IMG/VR virus record: IMGVR_UViG_3300021256_004112
Direction: 5' to 3' (one strand)
Length of the DNA: 64,000 bases
Source: an uncultured virus (IMG/VR IMGVR_UViG_3300021256_004112)
Taxonomy: Duplodnaviria > Heunggongvirae > Uroviricota > Caudoviricetes
This document shows, one piece after another, positions 39,669-48,049 of this stretch. The translations under genes were made by a program, and so were the position numbers. Each line of letters starts with the position of its first letter. Positions within the stretch are counted from its first letter, which is position 1. The notes below the pieces were generated by a model. It was not told the DNA's origin. It did no database searches and saw only the letters and a program-made list of their open reading frames with translations.

Positions 39669-40598
39669 CTATTTCTTCAGCAACGAATCAAAATAGTCCT
39701 TATACAAATCAATATTACGCTCCACATCTTCCTTTGAAATTTCAATAAGCACATTATTTTCGAATATAAAACTTTTACGCTCAAGTTTTTCCAAATAATC
39801 CTTTTTAAACAACGGATTCACATATAAATTAAAACAGGTAGCCATATCCAATGGATTGCGAACGCCCAAATTTTCTTTAATCTTTAGCAAATCCTGATAA
39901 ATCCGATGTCGGTTTAAGGCTTCTTCGGCAAACAAAAAATCCATTTTATACGTCAATTTTAAATTACAGGGAAGACATGACCCACAAGGCTTCCCGTCTA
40001 TGGGATAATAACAAAAACAGATATGCTCAAACACATCTTCATAACCCCACTCCTGTATCTTCTCCCACATCATTGGTTCTGAATAAGAGGCAACAGGACA
40101 AGTCAGATTACCAAACAAAGTAAATACATCAGGGTCGCAGTCTTCTTTCGTAAAATACCCCACGCCATCTTCCGTAAACTTCCAGTTCGCTTTATCTAAA
40201 AACAATTGCGTTATATGACCTGGCTTGTCTAAATATCGTTCATGCCCCCAACAAATCCCTTTGTGGGTTTTAGAAAATTCCGCAATAAACCGTTGTTGCC
40301 CGCCAACTACATACGGTTTACCCGCATATTTCTCTAACGCCTTAACAACATCATCGAAAGGAACAAAATATTCCTGCTTCACAAATTTAACCGGTAATAT
40401 TTTTGCTTTTAAATCTTTCTTTTTACGCAATACCTTCATGATTTCTCGTATTGCTCTGTGTTCATCTTTTTGGATGCTACGCTTTATATCTAAATAGTAT
40501 GGTTGGATAACAGCACTTTTTGTACGCGCCAATAAGCACAGCATAAATGTAGAATCAAAACCACCTGTCCATAAAATCTCTATTTTCTTATCAGACAT
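39669..40598 (-). CDS. QueC-like PP-loop protein
   Basis: ILWTGGFDST PP-loop and CFCYYP..GKPCGSCLPC zinc motif. Confidence 0.75.
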   Translation of the reverse strand: MSDKKIEILWTGGFDSTFMLCLLARTKSAVIQPYYLDIKRSIQKDEHRAIREIMKVLRKKKDLKAKILPVKFVKQEYFVPFDDVVKALEKYAGKPYVVGGQQRFIAEFSKTHKGICWGHERYLDKPGHITQLFLDKANWKFTEDGVGYFTKEDCDPDVFTLFGNLTCPVASYSEPMMWEKIQEWGYEDVFEHICFCYYPIDGKPCGSCLPCNLKLTYKMDFLFAEEALNRHRIYQDLLKIKENLGVRNPLDMATCFNLYVNPLFKKDYLEKLERKSFIFENNVLIEISKEDVERNIDLYKDYFDSLLKK

Positions 40599-41039
40599 AT
40601 TATTTATACTCCCCTATGCATCACAATGTCATTAATACTCTTCTAAGGAAAAGCATACCAAAATAAGCTCTTATTCCTAAAACAAAAACAAACCAATACT
40701 CGTCTCGAAAGAAGAGAATAAGAGGGAAATCTACCATCCCCCTCGCACAACAAAAATCCCGCACCGAACAAAATCGATACGGGAAAAATTATTTATATTC
40801 CACTATTTTATTTTCAATTTCAATCTATTTCATTTTCTTTTCAATTTTATTCACACTTCACACGGAGCGACATATTCCCACTTATCCCTTTCTTTATTGA
40901 CCCCTTCATTCACCCCTGCAGGCAGCATCGCGTCCCGCCAGCGGGAAATTCATCGGTCGTCAGCATCGCGCCCCGACGACCGCAATGGCAAGTGGTGGAA
41001 GAAATCCACAATGCTTTTAAATATTGAGCTTACCGAGTA

Positions 41040-41067
41040 TTGACATTGCTGTCAAAATGACTATAAT
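41040..41067 (+). promoter_or_regulatory. Consensus sigma70 promoter
   Basis: TTGACA-16-TATAAT. Confidence 0.75.
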
Positions 41068-41073
41068 AAGTGT

Positions 41074-41226
41074 TGAACGTCATTGTTCCGGCAAGCAGTG
41101 ATGTTCATTCACCTTCTGATGGTTGCTGGCGCACCCAAACGCCGGATAGGGAGCGGTCCATCCCGAAAGAAAACGCCAGACAAAAAAAGTAGAACCTGTT
41201 GGAAAAATCCAGCAGGTTCTTTTTTG
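41074..41226 (+). ncRNA. Candidate small RNA
   Basis: Lies between a consensus promoter and terminator AGAACCTGTTGG..CCAGCAGGTTCT-polyT; has a 5' hairpin; no convincing ORF. Confidence 0.55.
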
Positions 41227-41236
41227 TTGCCAGTAT

Positions 41237-41533
41237 TCATAACGCCCGTTCCCCTTTTAATGTCGCAACCATATCGGTCAACATGCTCATAGTGCTTTCC
41301 ACGCGATAGACTTTCCCGTCAGCAATAACGAAATAGGCGGTATATGGGTCAACAGCTTCAAATTTTTCGGCATATATCTTTACCCCGCCTGCGTTACGGA
41401 CAGGACGATGAAAGGGTTTGTCTACCTTTATCAGACCTGCTTTTACATTACGGTACACAACGCCGTCAACGACTTTATAATACGTGTCTTCAATGAATCC
41501 AAAATGTTTTAAGAATTTGTTTACATCTACCAT
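41237..41533 (-). CDS. Hypothetical protein
   Basis: 98 aa, downstream of the XRE gene. Confidence 0.65.
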   Translation of the reverse strand: MVDVNKFLKHFGFIEDTYYKVVDGVVYRNVKAGLIKVDKPFHRPVRNAGGVKIYAEKFEAVDPYTAYFVIADGKVYRVESTMSMLTDMVATLKGERAL

Positions 41534-41551
41534 AAATTACCCCCACAGCCA

Positions 41552-41758
41552 TCATTTAAACTCAATCAAATCATGGATATCCGTTATCTGCAGGACTTCC
41601 GCAATTTTCTCTAAATGTTCCTTGTTAATGCCGGTTCCCGTGTTACGGCAAATGACGGATACCTGGGATTCCCGCATCCCCGAGAGTTTGGCAAATTCTT
41701 TCTGTGTCATACCCCGTTCATCCAGCAGTTCCTTTAGTCGAATACGAATCTTCTTCAT
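41552..41758 (-). CDS. XRE-family HTH regulator
   Basis: LKELLDERGMTQKEFAKLSGMRESQVS...LEKIAEVL. Confidence 0.9.
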   Translation of the reverse strand: MKKIRIRLKELLDERGMTQKEFAKLSGMRESQVSVICRNTGTGINKEHLEKIAEVLQITDIHDLIEFK

Positions 41759-41955
41759 TGAAATTCACCGTTCCTTTCTTTTACCTATATTATACCATAA
41801 TTTCGACATTCCGCAATACGCAATTTAGTGAAGAAGATACGCAAAAAAAGAAACCTGTCAGAAACACAGACAGGTTGGAAAGACCCACAAAAGAAACAAG
41901 AGAGAAAAAATAGAGCTAATAACATTTTAGGTGGTTTTGCAAAAAATATCTTTTA

Positions 41956-42029
41956 TGGAGCGGATAACGGGACTCGAACCCGTACCATCAGCTTGGAAGG
42001 CTAATATGCTGCCATTACACCATATCCGC
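41956..42029 (-). tRNA. tRNA-Gly(TCC)
   Basis: Loop CT-TCC-AA, CCA. Confidence 0.95.
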
Positions 42030-42044
42030 AAATAGACAAAACAT

Positions 42045-42425
42045 TTAATTCTCTAAATCGTTCAAAGCATCTTGGTTTATAAACACGCCCTGTTCAGCCG
42101 GCAATGTGGGATGCACCTGCCGATACCATTCCCTGCGTTTTGTTTCCAATATCGTTTTACGGATACGCCAGCTTTTATAAAGAAAGACTAATTTAGTGAA
42201 AAGCAACGAAACATAGCAAATTCCAATAACCGCCGAGGCAATATATACCCAATTAAGGGAAGGATTGTACATTCTTGTAAATTGAGACTCATCTACATGA
42301 CTGCCGATAATGACTGTCAAAACAGAAACAATTCCAATAATCACCATAAGACGGTCAAGAAAGAATTGAAAGTTATCAGTCCGTTTTGCCGTATCAGCAA
42401 GTCGCTCCTGCAGTGTTTTACACAT
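42045..42425 (-). CDS. Two-TM hypothetical membrane protein
   Basis: MCKTLQ start after AGGAG; two hydrophobic segments. Confidence 0.65.
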   Translation of the reverse strand: MCKTLQERLADTAKRTDNFQFFLDRLMVIIGIVSVLTVIIGSHVDESQFTRMYNPSLNWVYIASAVIGICYVSLLFTKLVFLYKSWRIRKTILETKRREWYRQVHPTLPAEQGVFINQDALNDLEN

Positions 42426-42447
42426 AAGACAACTCCTTGAAAATATA

Positions 42448-42532
42448 TGGTAGGCGAGGTGGGATTTGAACCCACAAGTCCGAAGACGACGGTTTTTGAG
42501 ACCGTTGCGTATGCCAGTTCCGCCACTCGCCC
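42448..42532 (-). tRNA. tRNA-Leu(CAA)
   Basis: Loop CT-CAA-AA, variable arm, CCA. Confidence 0.95.
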
Positions 42533-42534
42533 AT

Positions 42535-43002
42535 TTAACAAACACAGTCACTATTCCCTGTAAGAATTAAATCATACAGAAACAAATCGTATAAATGTGG
42601 ACAACCCTGTTCATCCGATTTTTTAACCTCAATCGCAATCATGCAAAATATTTCTTTATCTTTATCCTGTTCCCAAATATCGTATTCATCCCTGCCTAAC
42701 CAAAAAGAGTTTGTATAATCACAAACACCCGTTAAATCTTCTATGTAAATGCCGATATAAACAAACCCGTTGGAAACAAGGTGGGCATAATCAGGGAACG
42801 CTTTTACAGAAATTTTACGCTGTTGAGCTTTATCTTCCAATACGAACAATTCAATCATTTTACGGTCGGCAAAAGCATCTTTCACAGCCTGTTTATCTGC
42901 CCGCAGAAAATTCATGATTGTCTGCTGTTCATTTCTTGTAAAATTAATCTTTACCTGCAGCTGTCGTCTGCCGTCAAATGTATCAATCTCTTGGTATTTC
43001 AT
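42535..43002 (-). CDS. Hypothetical protein
   Basis: 155 aa between tRNAs, GAGG RBS. Confidence 0.6.
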   Translation of the reverse strand: MKYQEIDTFDGRRQLQVKINFTRNEQQTIMNFLRADKQAVKDAFADRKMIELFVLEDKAQQRKISVKAFPDYAHLVSNGFVYIGIYIEDLTGVCDYTNSFWLGRDEYDIWEQDKDKEIFCMIAIEVKKSDEQGCPHLYDLFLYDLILTGNSDCVC

Positions 43003-43022
43003 AAAAAACCTCGAAAATAAAA

Positions 43023-43098
43023 TGGCAGGCGGTGAAGGATTTGAACCCTCATCGCACGGTTTTGGAGACCGGCATTTTTCCAGTTAAACTAACCGCCT
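43023..43098 (-). tRNA. tRNA-Trp(CCA)
   Basis: Loop CT-CCA-AA, CCA end. Confidence 0.93.
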
Positions 43099-43129
43099 GA
43101 TTGGTGGAGCGTACTGTTCCATGAATATA

Positions 43130-43216
43130 TGGTGCGGGAAGAGGGATTTGAACCCTCACGGTGTTTCCACCTCGGGATTTTAAGTCCCGTGCGTCTGCCG
43201 ATTCCGCCATTCCCGC
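43130..43216 (-). tRNA. tRNA-Leu(TAA)
   Basis: Loop CT-TAA-AA, variable arm. Confidence 0.95.
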
Positions 43217-43225
43217 AAAATAACA

Positions 43226-43302
43226 TGGTTTCCCGAGCAGGAGTTGAACCTGCAACCTTCGGTTTCGTAGACCGACACTCTATCCTATTGAGCTATCGGG
43301 AA
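43226..43302 (-). tRNA. tRNA-Arg(ACG)
   Basis: Loop CT-ACG-AA. Confidence 0.95.
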
Positions 43303-43305
43303 ATA

Positions 43306-43382
43306 TGGTCCGAATGGCAGGACTCGAACCTGCGACATCCTGCTCCCAAGGCAGGTGCGCTACCAAACTGCGCCACATTCGG
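43306..43382 (-). tRNA. tRNA-Pro(TGG)
   Basis: Loop CT-TGG-GA. Confidence 0.95.
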
Positions 43383-43390
43383 ATAATATA

Positions 43391-43466
43391 TGGTTTCCGA
43401 GGCAGGACTCGAACCTGCGCATAACGGAGTCAAAGTCCGTTGCCTTACCGCCTTGGCGACTCGGAA
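43391..43466 (-). tRNA. tRNA-Gln(TTG)
   Basis: Loop CT-TTG-AC. Confidence 0.95.
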
Positions 43467-43480
43467 ATGTTTAATGATTC

Positions 43481-44044
43481 TCAAAATGGTATCGCATAAT
43501 GTGGACGGTCAGCATTCGCTATATCCCGTTTCCATTTTGCCCATTTTGCTATATATACTCGGGATTTTTGGTAATCCTCTTCATTCAACCATTTGACTTC
43601 TTTATACGGACGAAAGGTAATATAACCATATTCATCAGGAATACCACAAACGACTTCTTCTTTGATTGTCTCACAGCCTATATCAATCGGTTGAATCTGC
43701 CAAAACACATTTTCCAGCTCAAATGACTGAATCTGCACTTTAGCTGTCCTTTCAGAAAAGGTATAAATGTACTCTGATACCGCTTCCTGACAAGGCGATT
43801 TTATTTTGGGATAAAACAAATATTGGCTCTGCCCGATATCCAATACAGGATATTTCCCTTTAGCCAAAGAATCCTGCAAGTATGTATACGCCTCATGCAG
43901 TTTCCCTTCAAACCGTTTCGCAACAGAAGGCAACCATTCCGCATACGCCATCCGTGCGGGAATTGTCCAATTTTTACATTCTTTCGGGCAATTCTCAGGA
44001 AAATAATATCTTCCTCTGACATTTTGAACCAATACCAGCTTCAT
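43481..44044 (-). CDS. Hypothetical protein
   Basis: 187 aa, AGGAG RBS. Confidence 0.65.
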   Translation of the reverse strand: MKLVLVQNVRGRYYFPENCPKECKNWTIPARMAYAEWLPSVAKRFEGKLHEAYTYLQDSLAKGKYPVLDIGQSQYLFYPKIKSPCQEAVSEYIYTFSERTAKVQIQSFELENVFWQIQPIDIGCETIKEEVVCGIPDEYGYITFRPYKEVKWLNEEDYQKSRVYIAKWAKWKRDIANADRPHYAIPF

Positions 44045-44060
44045 CTTTAACTCCTTTTTA

Positions 44061-44134
44061 TGGAGCGGCCGACGGGACTCGAACCCGTGATAACAGCTTG
44101 GGAAGCTGTGGTGTTACCGCTACACTACGACCGC
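44061..44134 (-). tRNA. tRNA-Gly(CCC)
   Basis: Loop TT-CCC-AA. Confidence 0.95.
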
Positions 44135-44383
44135 AAAAGTAGCCGCCCAAGACAAGAAGAAAGCGGCCATGAGGATTTTGTAACGCCAACCCTTTTATGG
44201 AACTAATCCATTAACACGCCTGGCCTTTAACCGGCAACCTGCAACAATAGCTACAGGCCAGAAGCTCTATACTCTCCACAGGTCTTACTACCTCAACACG
44301 TACCAGACATACATCGCTTTGATTTAAGAGTGTGCGTCCCGGTAAATTTTCACTCTTATTCAAACCCTTACGGGAAAGAAACC

Positions 44384-44800
44384 TGGTGGATGTGAGGAGA
44401 ATCGAACTCCTGTCCGAACTGCATCTTCCGACGGATTTTATTGCGATAGATTTTTGAGACTTTCTTGTCCTGCGTTTTTAGAACCGCTACGTTCAGGGGT
44501 ACAAAAGCTTGCACCCTCCACCACCCCATTTTTACAGAACGGGGAAACTGTACCGGGTCATTATTCACAAGACCCGAAGAAATAGTCAAGGTTTATTTGA
44601 CGACCGAGGTTGACCCCAAGACTGGAACTCTTCGGCGTTGCAGTCATCTTACGCAGCCAGTGCTACCGGCGCTACAGAACGACGAGCAAAAATGTTTACA
44701 ACATTTTTAGCGTTTAATTTTAATTGCCTGTTTTAAGGTCATCAGACACAGACCCGCAAAACCGTCAGCTTCAACAACCCGTCGAAACCTTTACACACCC
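44384..44800 (-). ncRNA. ssrA: tmRNA
   Basis: 5' GGGTGTGTAAAGGTTTCGAC; 3' GTTCGATTC...CACATCCACCA with a G3-U pair; tag reading frame AKNVVNIFARRSVAPVALAA*. Confidence 0.95.
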
Positions 44801-44890
44801 AAAATAAGAATGAGGAATATTAGTTAGCAAGCGTACCAACACTCGCCATAAGCCCCAAAACCACGACAAGGTTTTCCTCAACTTCGGGGA

Positions 44891-44965
44891 TGGCTCCACG
44901 GGCAGGACTCGAACCTGCAACCGGACGGTTAACAGCCGTCTGCTCTACCGTTGAGCTACCGTGGA
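44891..44965 (-). tRNA. tRNA-Asn(GTT)
   Basis: Loop CT-GTT-AA. Confidence 0.95.
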
Positions 44966-45104
44966 ATTTTTATATATTACTTAAGAAAAAGAGCGGTCCA
45001 CCTGATGAAATCTTTATGACCGGGATTCATGTTTTCATAGAAGCATCAGATTTCAGTTTTTCACGCCCGCGCTCTTTCTGAAATAATATCTGATTCATAA
45101 AATA

Positions 45105-45180
45105 TGGCGACTCGGATGGGATTTGAACCCACGACCTCCGCCGTGACAGGGCGGCATTCTAACCGCTGAACTACCGAGCC
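45105..45180 (-). tRNA. tRNA-Asp(GTC)
   Basis: Loop CT-GTC-AC. Confidence 0.95.
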
Positions 45181-45183
45181 GTA

Positions 45184-45259
45184 TGGTGACGCATGAGGGA
45201 ATTGAACCCATCATTTGCGGATTGAAAGCCCGCTGTACTAACCTTTATACGAATGCGCC
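45184..45259 (-). tRNA. tRNA-Glu(TTC)
   Basis: Loop CT-TTC-AA. Confidence 0.93.
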
Positions 45260-45262
45260 ATT

Positions 45263-45337
45263 TGGAAGCAGGGGTTGGAATTGCACCAACCTTGACTTGG
45301 GTATGAACCAAGAGAAGCACTTTGCTTCATCCCTGCG
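45263..45337 (-). tRNA. Atypical initiator-like tRNA-Met(CAT)
   Basis: Loop TT-CAT-AC, unpaired C1, T-loop GTGCAAT, aberrant D arm. Confidence 0.75.
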
Positions 45338-45350
45338 ATAAAAACATATT

Positions 45351-45439
45351 TGGTGGGCAGGGTTGGATTCGAACCAACGAAGCGCAATCAACGCAACAGA
45401 TTTACAGTCTGCGCCCTTTAGCCACTTGGATACCTGCCC
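45351..45439 (-). tRNA. tRNA-Tyr(GTA)
   Basis: Loop CT-GTA-AA, variable arm. Confidence 0.95.
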
Positions 45440-45444
45440 ATTTA

Positions 45445-45520
45445 TGGAGCTGGCGACAGGACTTGAACCTGCAACCTGCGCATTACAAGTGCGCCGCGCT
45501 ACCCATTGTGCCACGCCAGC
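45445..45520 (-). tRNA. tRNA-Thr(TGT)
   Basis: Loop CT-TGT-AA. Confidence 0.95.
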
Positions 45521-45526
45521 ATTTGC

Positions 45527-45700
45527 TTATTTATCCCTGCCAACATGAGACCAACTCTGCCCCGAAATCTTAGGACAGTAGGAAGCCATCCGCAGTTTCT
45601 CTTTCAATGCAATTTCCTTTTCTTTCCGAATTTCCTTTTCCGTTTTCTCAACGGATTTTTTATGGATAACTGCATAAGAGTTTCCTTGTTTTTCAATCAT
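45527..45700 (-). CDS. Small basic hypothetical protein
   Basis: 57 aa between tRNAs, AAAGGA upstream. Confidence 0.45.
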   Translation of the reverse strand: MIEKQGNSYAVIHKKSVEKTEKEIRKEKEIALKEKLRMASYCPKISGQSWSHVGRDK

Positions 45701-45730
45701 GGTAATATTCATCCTTTCTTTTATTAAAAA

Positions 45731-45806
45731 TGGAGCTGACGAGAGGAATTGAACCTCCAACCTACTGCTTACGAAGCAGTTGCTCTGCCGATTGAGCTAC
45801 GTCAGC
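45731..45806 (-). tRNA. tRNA-Thr(CGT)
   Basis: Loop TT-CGT-AA. Confidence 0.95.
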
Positions 45807-45946
45807 AGAAAGGGAATTTAGTAATGGCAAATATAAGAAAGTGAGGACGCACCACGACGGAATCATCCGTAAGCGCCAAAAGTAAAAGATTGCCATATAA
45901 GCCCCTGCGCCGCGTCAAGGCATTCCCTATGCAGGGGAATTAAGGA

Positions 45947-46024
45947 TGGTGGGGAGTGATGGAATCGAACCACCGCAAAGCCCTGCTCTTCAGGCAGGCG
46001 CTCTACCGACTGAGCTAACTCCCC
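45947..46024 (-). tRNA. tRNA-Phe(GAA)
   Basis: Loop CT-GAA-GA. Confidence 0.93.
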
Positions 46025-46027
46025 GTA

Positions 46028-46102
46028 TGGTGGTCTCGGCAGGACTTGAACCTGCAACCTGTCGCTTATGAGGCGATTTCTCTGCCATTGAGATACGAGA
46101 CC
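46028..46102 (-). tRNA. tRNA-Met or Ile2 (CAT)
   Basis: Loop CT-CAT-AA, paired acceptor stem. Confidence 0.9.
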
Positions 46103-46167
46103 TAAACTGTCAATTACTGTTTCGGAGTAATATTGGCTGAAGCCATACCCATACCGATTTTTTAGTA

Positions 46168-46256
46168 TGGCGGAGAGTGCAGGATTCGAACCTGCGAGGG
46201 GAACAACCCCTGACGGTTTAGCAAACCGTTGCCATCAGCCACTCGGCCAACTCTCC
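46168..46256 (-). tRNA. tRNA-Ser(GCT)
   Basis: Loop TT-GCT-AA, long variable arm. Confidence 0.95.
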
Positions 46257-46303
46257 AAAGAACTTACAGACGACTATACCACAAACGCCTGTTTTTCCGA
46301 AAA

Positions 46304-46780
46304 TCAATACATTTCCCGAAAATCAATATCAGGAAAATGATACAACAGCATCTTCCGTTTCAGGCGATAAACGGGATTTGCTTCCGTGATACGGGATTTT
46401 ACATCCACAACCACTACATGCCCGTCTTTTTCCTTATAACGGAAATCAGCAAGATACGTAATCGCCCGTTGCGTCTTCCCTTCTTTATCCTTAAAGGAAG
46501 GTTGCAGGACGAATTTAGGCTGTAATTCCAAATCGGATATTACCCCTGCTTCCTCACTAAGTTTCAAGCCGTTATAAATGGTAGCTTCCCTGCGACTGTC
46601 AAATGTATGCCCATCTACCATGATTTTGGAGTTGCGGTATTTAGGAATAGAAGAAGACTCATTCTGCTCCGAAGACTCCTCCGTAATTACAGAAGGGCGT
46701 TTCCTGCGAACGATAAAACGGGGACGCTTTGAACGGTTAGCCATATATTCCTTATATTGCTCCTCAGTCCAATAAGTCAT
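46304..46780 (-). CDS. DUF1064-family phage nuclease-like protein
   Basis: KYRNSKIMVDGHTFDSRREA...LQPKF...YLADFRY...VVDVKS. Confidence 0.85.
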   Translation of the reverse strand: MTYWTEEQYKEYMANRSKRPRFIVRRKRPSVITEESSEQNESSSIPKYRNSKIMVDGHTFDSRREATIYNGLKLSEEAGVISDLELQPKFVLQPSFKDKEGKTQRAITYLADFRYKEKDGHVVVVDVKSRITEANPVYRLKRKMLLYHFPDIDFREMY

Positions 46781-46996
46781 AAGAAAACCTCAAAAACAAA
46801 ACCGAAAATAAAAGGTCAAAGAAGAAGAAAAAGATGGAAATGAGAAATGGAATGAGTGGTCAGTAAACGAGAAACAACTTTCAAATACTGATACTGCTTT
46901 AATGCCATATCCCAGTTTTTTCTTTCTATTCCTTTTATGCAGGTAAAAAGGGCAGGTACACCGACCTGCCCTTAAAGTTAAACCGCACAATAAAGC

Positions 46997-47332
46997 TTAT
47001 TCCGCTGCGTCAGCGTCGGTGTCGTCGTCACCACCGCCCTTGAAAGCCTGTTCAGCCCATTCGGAAGGCAAACCGATATTGGTAAAATCACCATTTGCAA
47101 TTTCTTTGGGGACAGCCCATTCGTCGTAGTAAGTGATGCGCATGTTGTTGTGGATATACAGGCGGTCAGCTTCATGCTGCGGAGTATAGGTATCTCCCTG
47201 CTTTGCCTGTTCTGCCCATTTCTCCATGAGGGTATCCGCCAGCAGTTTGTCTTCCAACGGATTAGCCGCCATTGCGGATGCAGTGATTGCGCTCATAGCC
47301 ATTGCTGTCATTAATACTTTCTTCAGATTCAT
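46997..47332 (-). CDS. Secreted hypothetical protein
   Basis: Signal peptide MNLKKVLMTAMAMSAITASAMA. Confidence 0.75.
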   Translation of the reverse strand: MNLKKVLMTAMAMSAITASAMAANPLEDKLLADTLMEKWAEQAKQGDTYTPQHEADRLYIHNNMRITYYDEWAVPKEIANGDFTNIGLPSEWAEQAFKGGGDDDTDADAAE

Positions 47333-47679
47333 GTGTTCTTTCTCTCCTTATAATTTAAAATTTTGGATAATGCAGGGATTAGAAAAGTTCCCAACGATTG
47401 ATATTTGTATATCCCTGTATTTCCTTTACACTCTCATTATATAACACTTATATTATATTGTCAATACGCAATTAATTAATTTTACGCAACCAAAAAGCCT
47501 TCTTTTATATCATTGCGGAATAGAAGGTTCATTTATTCCTTTCATTCCTTTCTTTATTGACCCCTGCTGGTCATTTTCCTTCTTTACCATAAGTGATTGA
47601 AATGATTGAAGGACAAGATGAACATAATCAAAATAAAAAATCCCGTACACAAACATCATGTACGGGATTAAGGAGAGGC

Positions 47680-47988
47680 TTATTTCTTTTTCGCTTTCTT
47701 GGCAGGTTTAGCCGCCGGTTTCACTGCTTCTTTCAGCGCTTTGCCTGCTTTGAATACAGGTGCAACAGTAGCAGGAATCTTAATCGGTTTACCTGTCTGA
47801 GGATTCTTGCCTGTACGGGCGGCGCGTTCGCGGGTTTCAAAAGTACCAAAGCCAATCAACTGCACTTTGTCCTGTTTAACCAGCGCTTCCGTTACGGTTT
47901 CCACGATGGCTTTGAGAGCCACTTCAGAATCTTTTTGGGTAAATCCGGTCTTTTCTGCCACAATGGCAACAAGTTCTTTCTTGTTCAT
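47680..47988 (-). CDS. hup: HU DNA-binding protein with Lys/Ala/Pro tail
   Basis: MNKKELV...LIGFGTFETRERAARTGKNPQTG...PVFKAGKALKEAV plus PAAKPAKKAKKK. Confidence 0.95.
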   Translation of the reverse strand: MNKKELVAIVAEKTGFTQKDSEVALKAIVETVTEALVKQDKVQLIGFGTFETRERAARTGKNPQTGKPIKIPATVAPVFKAGKALKEAVKPAAKPAKKAKKK

Positions 47989-48049
47989 TCTTATTCTCCT
48001 TTTCAAAATGAAAAATTTTATATATCAACCCTGACGGGTCAATAACTGA

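Noticed and set aside
39669..40598. QueC-like gene as a QatABCD or Dpd system
   Set aside because: No partner genes adjacent.
43049..46057. Short ORFs overlapping tRNA and tmRNA genes (also 10995-11419, 42341-42541)
   Set aside because: Explained by the RNA genes.
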